Shown in pieces: positions 54,058 through 64,000 of a stretch of 64,000 nt of DNA. The first letter of the stretch is position 1. Each line of letters starts with the position of its first letter. Location: assembly GCA_012295275.1 (NCBI GenBank), contig CM022674.1:11222001-11286000 (forward strand). The letters are read 5' to 3'. Both the position numbers and the translations under genes were made by a program. The notes under the pieces are model-generated. The model was not told the DNA's origin and did no database searches. It was given only the letters and a program-made list of their open reading frames with translations. The DNA comes from Chrysomallon squamiferum (Eukaryota > Animalia > Mollusca).

Positions 54058-56434
54058 TAGTACGTGCAGCTATTCACAGTTCATTTACCACATACATACA
54101 ATAAGGTATTTAAAGGTGCTTGTGATGTAAACTGATGAAGATAAAACTCTGTTATTATCAGCTCATCTTTTGACGTCATCAACCCAGATTATGTGTACAC
54201 GTTCCGGTCACATAAATATAACCTAATGTAATATGTTTTCGTTAATGCCCTGTTTTCGTGTAGAAAAAAAGGGTGACACATAGGTGTGTATTTTTCTCTT
54301 TTAGACATTTATTTAGGTTATTTACTTATAATTTCTTGGCGTGTGTGCGCAGTGAATGGACAAATTTCTTTGTCAATATCAAATACACAAGAAGATGTTT
54401 TTCGAAATCTTTGAAGAGACGGTTATGACGCCAGCGTGTATATTTTTTTCTGACCGCTGAAAGTCACGAACGAAACAATGAAACATCTTTCTTTTTTGTA
54501 TGTTGTTAGTTATTAAAATAAAATAATATTTACATTCATAGCAAATTATCCTGTGTTAATATTTTTGATATTTTTGTTTGGTTATTCTTTCGTCCCTTCA
54601 TTCATTCATCTGTTGTTGTTTTTTCATTAATTTATTTGTTCTTTTGTTCATTCATTCTTCACTTTCTTAATATTCACTCATTTGTCTTTGACTGGTTGAT
54701 TGATTGATTTATTTATTAAATACTACTACTACTACTACTACTAATAATAATAATAATAATAAAAACAACAACAGCAACAATAACAACAATAATAATAACA
54801 ACAACAACAATAATAAAAACAATAACAGTAACAACAACAATAATAATATAACAATAACAACAACAATAATAAATAATAATAAATAATAAATATGTAAATA
54901 ACTAAGTAACTAACTAACTAAATAAATAAATAAAATCTTGCAAAAGAGTAAGAAAAGAAAATACAAAAGAAAAGAAAAAATAATTTTGAAGTACACGCAT
55001 GTTTAATATGATAAATTCAAAACTTTTATTTTATTTTTACTTCCATTAATTTATAAGCAGTAACTGACCGACAGCAACAAGGGAAACATTAACTTCATAC
55101 ACTGAGCGTTTCGGGTTCAGTGCTTCTTACAACATCATTGTGATAATTCCCGTTCCAACCACTGTTTCACAATTAGTTTATCAAAGTCCTGCATTTTTGT
55201 TTTGCTGTCTAGGGGAGGGTCTACATAAGTGAATTATTTCTGCTAATAGATAAGAACAGCATGTAACGAGACGGCTGCAAATTTTTAAGTGACGTCATTA
55301 TTATACAAGAAATGTATGACATTAAGCTGTACGCAGGTAACATTGGTAAGTATCATTAAGGATTTATCACTGCTGGAATACAAAGATCTGCAGAGAGGAT
55401 TATCTTAATACAGCTGTGACCGGATTAAATATATTAATAATCCTGTAGCATACTGAATAATGAGATATGTTCTGTATCATCCGATCTTTTATTTACATAC
55501 ATCGCTTTAGTTATTTTAATTATATTATTTTAAAATTGATCCAGAGTAAGATTTTAATTTTATACATTTAAATATAGAGCTAATTAACATGAATGTAATA
55601 TTATATAAATTATCGCTTTTTATTTGTGTGTATGTGTGTTGTGTATTTGTATAGATTATTCAACATATATGTATAGCTGTCTCTGCTTGTGTGTGAGTGT
55701 GTGTGTGTATTTTGTACATGTATGTATAAATGTACACACACACACACACATATTAAATATATTTCAGACAGTTTCAAATGTATGGATAGTGTGGCTAAAA
55801 GAAAATGTAAATATATTTTAATTTTCACTTAATCGGAATCGTTAGCTAACAATCAGGAAATGATCAAGATCAATATTTATATTCTCTGTGGTATCAACGC
55901 ATCTACAAACATGCGAGCGCGTCTGCACATGGGTCCAGCTGTGTAATCGAGTATTAATATTACAATAACAACAATCCAAATTATTTATAATAAACCTAGT
56001 AAGGAAATGCAACTTGAAACTGTTGTAAAAAATGTTTTGATTGGTTGCGTGAAATAGGTCAGAATATTATGTGTATATATTACACTGCTTTTTAACTTAA
56101 AACATTTAATTCTCATGTCTTTTCAAATGAGCACGAACAAAATCAGTTTAAACATGTAAAAGGCAAGCCATTTATGCGGAAAACAAATAAGGAAACGCTC
56201 AAATATTCCACTTTCACTAAGACGAAGTTTCATTGGCTTGTAAACAAAGAAAGAAAGCGTCTGATTGGCTTTCGATCTCTGAAGAATAAGGTTAATGATT
56301 TCACGTTGAAAAAAAGAGCAAAGAGCGCATGCGTTTAACAAAAGTGCAGACCTTATAGAAATGTGCGGGTAAATAAATAAATAAAAGGGAAACAAACATA
56401 AATTTGATATCGTTCTGAAAACGAAACGCGGCTT

Positions 56435-56441
56435 TATAAAG
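56435..56441 (+). promoter_or_regulatory. TATA box candidate, gene E
   Basis: TATAAAG flanked by GC-richer bases ~40 nt upstream of the ATG at 56479. Confidence 0.5.
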
Positions 56442-56478
56442 CGGCTTGCTGTCAGTTCGTTACTTTCAAACTGCGAAC

Positions 56479-57058
56479 ATGGAACGCGTCTGTCTTTTGT
56501 TTCTCATTGGCTGCGTCGGCCATTTTGTTCTGTCTGGTGCGTAAGTTTAAAGGTTTTAATTTAATTTAACTGAATTTATTTCGTAAACAGTTATATGTTT
56601 TTAATTTCTAATGATTGTTTCATTTTGAATTGTTACTGTCCAACGTTTGCTAATAATAAAGTTGGACAATATAAAATCATAATGTTAAAATTTACTGACA
56701 AAACAAAACAACCAGCTATAACTAATTAAATTAATTCGTTTCTTGTTTGTATCTCATTCTGTGTTTTGTTTCAGATGACTTCATCGAACTGTTAAATCGG
56801 CAAAAACGACAAGCTGTGAGTATTAATTATTTATCTTCGTTTAGAAAACACAAATATAATTCCTTGCTAACAACATGGGCCTGCGTAAAATTCTAAATTA
56901 CAGAGTTGTCGTTACTGAATGAAAGTTCTGTTACTGAGTTCAGAAAGGTGTATTCAAGGGAGACAAATCTAGATTTAGCTATGTCCACAACAAGTTATCA
57001 TTATTTTGTATTGTTATTTCATTTACCGGTTTGTGACATAACTGATTACGATCAGTTA

Positions 57059-57101
<43 letters not shown>

Positions 57102-59039
57102 CAAAATGGTAGTTATAAAATAATAATTAATTAAATATTAATTAAAAAATAATAAAAATAAAAATAAATAAATAAACGAACGCCGTAAACGAATTAATGA
57201 ATTAATCAATAATTAAAAATTAAAAATTAAATAAAATAAAATAGAATAAAAATAAAATTATATTATTTTATTTTTTATTTTTCTTATATATTGTTTATTA
57301 TTATTATTATTTTTGCATTCAGAGCATTTCAAAACCAATTGCTGTATATCTCTTTCCGAGATATCAAAAAATTTTGTTACTAAACTCACACGCATGCAGA
57401 GACGCGCAAATCCAAACACACACTGTTTAAAATCTAACCTTTGTTGTTAGTTAACATTAAAATATGTTACTTTTGTTAATTGCGTCTAATCTTCCTGTGA
57501 AAGCTGATATGCGTAGCACACAGTGTTAAACTGTTATTATGTATATTATTAATGTTTAGGCGTGTTTATTAAATATACACTGATTCACTCCATTTTGCAG
57601 ACGTGCACGACGCCCTACCGCACCTTGCACTGGAGTCACACGATGTGTCTCTTTGACAAGGGAGAGACGAAGTCGCTGAGAATCGGAGAACGTTACGTCA
57701 TAGTCAACAAACACAACGACCTTCGATCTCGTGTTTTACCTGCAGCTGCCAATATGCAGAAAATGGTGAATTTCTCTTCAGTGAATTTTCTTCTCAGTTA
57801 TTGTTTTTAGATTTTTTTTTTTTTGTATACTAATAGACAGTTATATATTGTTACACGACGTAGCGTCGTTGTGTCTAGAGTACTCAGTTGTCTTCTCTTT
57901 GAGTCAATTACAGAGTTGTCGTCCGTTGTTATGTCGTTTTTTTAATCCGTACGAGAATTGTCTTCTCTTTTTGTATCGTATTTAATTATCTTACTTGTAT
58001 AGAGAGTTGTCTTCTCTTTTTGTATCGTATTTAATTATCTTACTTGTATAGAGAGTTGTCTTCTCTTGTCGTCTGTAGAAAACTGAATTCGTTATTTGTA
58101 AAGAGTTGCTTTCTATTTATATGCTCATGTAGTTTCATTCTTTGTTGAGATTTAGTTGCCTTCTCTTGATTTTTCTGTAGAGTTGTCTTATCTTTATTTG
58201 TAGCGTGATGTCATCTCTTTGTTTGACCATACAGTGTTTGTAAACATTGTCTTCACTTTGTGTACCGAGGACAGGATTATCTTTTCCTTATTTATAAATA
58301 CAAAACAGAGTTATCTTTTCTTTACGTCGCGTTTTTTTTTTTTTTTTTTTGGAGTTTTAAAATTATAATTAATTATCTATTTATTTATATAATTTAATTT
58401 AAAATTGTTATATTTTGTTTATTTATTTATTTATTAGGTTTTATTATTTTTTTGTATATTACATAAAATTATACCATATTACATATTATATTATATTATA
58501 ATAATATCATATGCTGTTATGTTTTGTTATTATATATATTTTATTGTACTGTATTGTTCTGTATTGTATTGTATTGTATTGTATTGTCACTCTAGGTGTG
58601 GGACAATGAACTAGCCACTATCGCCGGTAAATGGGCAGCACAGTGTACCCTGTCTAGTGAAAAACAACACACTATGAGAGCTGCTATTAGTAAGTACCCT
58701 GTCTAGTGAAAAACAACACACTATGAGAGCTGCTATTAGTAAGTACCCTGTCTAGTGAAAAACAACACACTATGAGAGCTGGTATTAGTAAGTACCCTGT
58801 CTAGTGAAAAACAACGCACTATGAGAGCTGCTATTTACTTAAGTCACTTAATTTATCGTAGTTCAGTAAACTTTTGGGATCTGACTTACTAGTTAACGTT
58901 ACCTAGGAAAGACAATTTAATAGGCAGTTATTAATCATTGTAGTTATCTCGCAGTATTTTAATAATATGTATTTATTTTATTGTTTTCACATTGGAGGGC
59001 CGTTAAATAACAAATTATCTCGACAACGACAACAACAAT

Positions 59040-59116
<77 letters not shown>

Positions 59117-59760
59117 TAATAATAATAACGGTACAAGAACAGGCAAATACATCTATAATTTTATATAATTATATGCTTTTCGCTGATTTTTTAAAACCCT
59201 TCAATCTTTCTCACTTTCGTTAAAGATCTTCGTGGTGTTAAAATTGGACAAAATGTCGGCCGAGGGAAACCGTGGACGTCATTTGAAACAATAATAGAAC
59301 ACTGGTACAACGAGAAAAACTACTTCGACTACGGCACAGGGCCTCGGAATGGTCACGTGACATCGCATTATGTTCAGGTGAGGAATAGAATTATTTCCCT
59401 TGTTGTTGGCTTACTTATTTTTATTTTTTATTTTTTTTAAATTATAATGTTATTGTTGATAAAAATCCGACAAAGGAAGCAATTTTTTTTTACCTCATAA
59501 GCTTGCAAATTTAATTTTAGTTATAGTTTTACCGAATTTATTTATTTAAGGACTATTTGTTTTGCCTAGATGGTGAAAGATACTTTGACTAAAGTAGGCT
59601 GTGGTAAGGCTGAATGCGCGGATGGATACACTTACTTCGTTTGTAACTATGCCGGAAAGTAAGTTGGACAAGCGAACTATTATTTTATTGATATACTTTA
59701 GATATGTTACAGTTGTAAATGTTTTTTTTAAATTTATATTTCTTCTATTCCGTTGAAAAG

Positions 59761-59815
<55 letters not shown>

Positions 59816-61195
59816 TATTTATTTATGTGTAAAATAATTTAAAAAATATATAATACCTACAACAGTAATAAACAAACAAACAAATAAATAAATAAATAAA
59901 AAGTTATTTGTGGCTGATATCTTGCTGATATTATCAATGTTGTTATTTGTTTATTTATTTGTTTGTTTATTTATTTGTTTGTTTATTTGTTTATTTATTT
60001 ATTTGTTTATTTGTTTATTTACTACGTTGTCAGCGACGGACGTATGAACACCGACCTCAAGCCGTATCAGACATGTACGTCATCTGCATGTCGCGGTTGT
60101 CATGGCAATGCTCTTTGCGGTAAAAAGTATTTTAAATCTCGATAAAAATTACTATATTGATGTGTTTTGTGTACAGAGTTGTAATTAACAAAAAAAACAC
60201 ACACACACACACATTCACTAACACATAGATTCACACTTACATATACATGCAGATATAAAGTGACACACAAGCACACACGTATACGAATATGTCAATAATT
60301 ATTTATAAATAAAACCATATCTTTTGTTACATTTATTAATCATATTATGTATTAAAATAATTATAGACCATGATGTGCATTGTAAATATATTATAGACTT
60401 TATTTTATTTTTTGTTTGTTTGTTTATTTATTTGTTTGTTTGTTTGTTTTGTCTTATTGCGCAGACTGCGGTGGAAAGACTTGTCTACATCACGGAGTGA
60501 TAGATGACTCGTGCACGTGCAAGTGTTTGAAGGGATTTCACGGACAGCAGTGTCAATTAGGTGACCTTACTGTAGCCTAAAGACGCGATCATACCGGTTG
60601 ATTGATAATGACAGCACTGAAAATTGTTTTAAAAAAAACAGAAAAAAAAAAAAAAACCCACGTTTTTTTAAATGTCTTTGTTACGTTTTAAAATATGATT
60701 AACAAAATGCGTAGTTAAATTAAATACGTATGATGCAGTTACGTAGAATAAAAACAAACAAAACCAGTTGATCATGACAAAGTTGATGTTGATTACACTT
60801 TCATCATCCATCCGGCATCCATAAAAATGTATTTAAAAAAATAATATTACTGAGCTGTCTTTAAAATATATTTATTTGTTTATTCATTCATTCATTCGTT
60901 CATTCATTTGTTCGTTCGTTCACTCAGGCGACTGCGGGTCAATGAGAGATCGGTGGTTTTGTAAAGGAAAGGAAAAGTCGTGTGGAACTGATCCCTACCT
61001 GTCAGTCACCTGTCCTTTCACCTGCAAAGTGTGTGCTTCAGGTAAGATAGACTCTTCTTGATGTGTAAATATTAATTATACATCACAGGTAAACCATTAC
61101 AGATACTGTAATTGATTGGCGAGGTAAAAAGTTCACTTTAAATTATTTATATATAATTCTATATATATATATATATAAATTAAAGATATTAAATG

Positions 61196-61287
<92 letters not shown>

Positions 61288-61960
61288 CATGTCTCACTTT
61301 ACCTACTCTCATATTATTTAAGAAACATTTTTATATACCAATACAAAATATAAAATAGATCAAAAGAGAGATTATACATACATAAACACATCCACAGATG
61401 CAAAAAATATCATTTGTATGATATGATGTGATATTACATGATGTTACATGATGTTACATGATGTTACAATAATTAACATATAAATATATTAATATATTTC
61501 AGCGTCATCACCAATCCAGTGTTCTACTAGGTGTCAAAATGGCGGCGTTCTGCAGATTGACTGTTCCTGCAAATGTCCAAAATTCTACACAGGGCAGTTC
61601 TGCGGTGAGTATGTTTTTAAAATGTTAGTGATATCTGTAAAGAGAAAAATCGTTAAATAAGTTCACTGATTTACAAATAATAAAAACCGGAATCTTATAG
61701 TAAGAAGAAACATAATCAGGTTAAACACAAACAGAAAAATTATGAGAAAAGAATAATGTCGCATTTATTATTGTGGTTTCTCTCTGAATGTCTGTCTATC
61801 TCTGTGTTTGTTTGTTTGTTTGTTTGTTTGTTTATTTAATTTTGTAATTCTAGAGGTGAAGGTCAACTGTAATGAACCCTATTACTGCCCAGCCTCCAAA
61901 CACTGGTGTGACAGAGGAACTTTCAATGAGCTCTGTCCTAAATCCTGCGGACTTTGTTAA
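56479..61960 (+). CDS. Gene E: secreted CAP-EGF-ShK-EGF-ShK protein, 11 coding exons, ~367 aa
   Basis: Exons 56479-56536, 56775-56815, 57601-57765, 58596-58689, 59226-59377, 59570-59658, 60034-60119, 60465-60560, 60928-61041, 61503-61604 and 61854-61960 join in phase (1104 nt). Signal MERVCLLFLIGCVGHFVLS and propeptide ...RQKR. CAP motifs HNDLRSRV, VWDNELA, GQNV, WYNE, SHYVQMV, VGCG, FVCNY, then two EGF/ShK pairs ending CPKSCGLC*. A 3'UTR exon starts at 62230 with AATAAA. Confidence 0.93.
58645..58835 (+). repeat. 49-bp x4 tandem duplication of the exon 4 end plus splice donor of gene E
   Basis: gtaccctgtctagtgaaaaacaacacactatgagagctgctattagtaa starting at 58645, 58694, 58743 and 58792. Confidence 0.95.
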
Positions 61961-62456
61961 AGGTATTTGTATAATGTTATTAGACAAGCTTGGAACAGAG
62001 AGACAGTACGGCTGAAGAGAGACAGTTGATGTGAAAAGAGACAGCTGGTTTCGAGGGAGATAACTAGAGATTAAAGAGAAAGATAACTGGTGTGTAACAG
62101 ATAACTGGTGTGTAACAGATAGTTTGTGTGTAACAGATAACTGGTGTAAAGAGACAGTTGGTGTGAAGAAAAATACTGTATTTATTTATTTATTTATTTT
62201 ATTATTTTGTTTTATTATTATTATTTCAGGAGGAACGGATCAATCGTGAACTCAATAAAAAAATAAAGGACAAAAGGATTTTTGAAACAACGAAAATATG
62301 TAGATGAGTAATTTAAAATGTTCAATAAAGTGGAGAAATATTTTATTAAATGTTTTATGATCATTTTAATTCAATACCTGTAAAAGAGTTGCACCAAATT
62401 TACTTCTTTTTTTCTATATCGAGATTTGAAAATCACAAGGCAATCAATCAAATATA

Positions 62457-62608
<152 letters not shown>

Positions 62609-62953
62609 TATATAAATCACTGAACTGAAAGTAACAGAGTTAGAGATGACCCAAGGGAAACCTGGCATCCACAGAGCCGAGTGTCTGTAGAAAGAGAAAA
62701 TCTGACATAAGAGACTCGTTTGTTTGTTTGTTGCTTGGGATATAACTGTACAAATCAATGGACTTTTGGACTCCAGTTTGTTCACTTTCACAATGAAATT
62801 AGGTGTTCCTCATTTGTGGCACGCTTGAGTTTCTGGCCTCACATCATCCAGCTTTTCTCTTGAAATTCTCCATCGACTGCAGTCAGAAGCTAATCTGCTT
62901 GCAGATTTTGTATGGACAGTTTCCTGAGTCAATCAGAAGTTAAACATTTATAT

Positions 62954-62988
<35 letters not shown>

Positions 62989-63733
62989 CTTATATGTTGA
63001 TTGTTTGTAGATTTGTATTAGGAATGTCATCACTATTTGATCCAAGAGACTAATTATTAAAATTATGATATGTGTTTATCCTTAAACATATTCACTCTAC
63101 AAATTTAGCGTCAGAAATAAATTTATAAACATTAAAATTAAAAAATCAAAAATAACAAATAAATGACTAGTAAAGAAAGAATTTTAATACATCACAAATT
63201 TATAACAAAACTGAACAAATAAAAAAAGAATAAAAAAATACTGACATATATGCTAAACTAAAGGTTAAGTTTTGCTATATAAAGCAATTAAGTAATCCTT
63301 TGGCGCGTTTTTCAGTAAATAAAACGTTAAAAGACTCCATTATATTTCTGTCACAATTTTCTGTCTTCTCCATTCATTATTTTTTGTATTTCCTAAGATA
63401 CAATGTTTAAAGTTAATGTAACATTCCCATGTACTGATGACACAATGTTCTGTCTTTTCTGTCATTATTTTACTTGCCCATATGATACCTTTAGGGAGGC
63501 AGTTGTAGGAGGTAGGTGTTTCCAAATCGCGGAATATATTTTACCAGTATTAAAAGTTTAAATCAAACTTTGTGAACAAGTTTCATTTTTCAAAATTACT
63601 TCTTTATCACATTTTAAAGCACTTGAACGAATATAAATGAGTGGAGGGCGGTTTACGTTCCCTCGGGGTTATCTCCTCCTGTATCCTCTTCTGACAGGAG
63701 AGTCTTAAAGTCAATTTCTAAATCGTTTAAATT

Positions 63734-64000
63734 TCATAAATACGAGTTTGGTGTTCTGGACAGTCGAGGGTTTGGCAGGGAGAGGACACTGCGCGGGCCT
63801 GTCGGCGTCTGCGATATGCTGCAGATCTCAGGCACAGGCGTAGTCCGGTCACAGCAGAACGCCATTTTAACAAACCGGTAAATCCGCGTGTCGAACAGCG
63901 AGTAGATGCACACGTTGATGACGCTGTTGAAGAAGGTGAAGATGGTGAGAACGTCGTAGATGAACTCGGCTTGGTCGTTGACGCCGGGGCCGATGTAGAC
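63734..64000 (-). CDS. 3' end (TM7, helix 8, C-tail) of a rhodopsin-class GPCR; continues beyond the window
   Basis: GC-rich open frame VYIGPGVNDQAEFIYDVLTIFTFFNSVINVCIYSLFDTRIYRFVKMAFCC...SYL*. It has an NSxxNxxxY TM7 pattern, an amphipathic helix 8 and a CC palmitoylation-type motif. Confidence 0.8.
   Translation of the reverse strand, partial: VYIGPGVNDQAEFIYDVLTIFTFFNSVINVCIYSLFDTRIYRFVKMAFCCDRTTPVPEICSISQTPTGPRSVLSLPNPRLSRTPNSYL

Overview
Eukaryotic, AT-rich, microsatellite-dense genomic DNA. It is probably an invertebrate; a mollusc/gastropod is my inference from the repeat style and gene content. By hand-splicing GT-AG exons and checking reading-frame phase I can rebuild five multi-exon genes and one partial gene. 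Gene A (629-5899, -) is a secreted CAP/SCP(CRISP-like)-EGF-ShK protein. Gene B (8079-17696, -) is a ~906-aa DUF4470 + C-terminal MYND zinc-finger protein. Gene C (32109-40999, -) is CAP-EGF-ShK-EGF-mucin-ShK(4-Cys)-ShK, with an apparent 2-nt frameshift. Gene D (45624-52174, -) is a CAP-less secreted EGF/CxC-mucin-ShK(4-Cys)-ShK paralogue. Gene E (56479-61960, +) is CAP-EGF-ShK-EGF-ShK. The 3' end of a rhodopsin-class GPCR lies at 63734-64000 (-). A ~10.4 kb 59-60 bp satellite with a 200-N gap, several minisatellites, two pogo/Tigger-like MITEs, a long inverted repeat and SINE remnants fill the rest. The most interesting signal is the modular CAP/EGF/ShK cluster built from phase-1 exon cassettes. 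It includes an ShK variant that has lost exactly one disulfide pair, stop codons sitting on retained splice donors, and variable furin sites and CAP active-site residues. Most ORFs in the supplied track are repeat artefacts.
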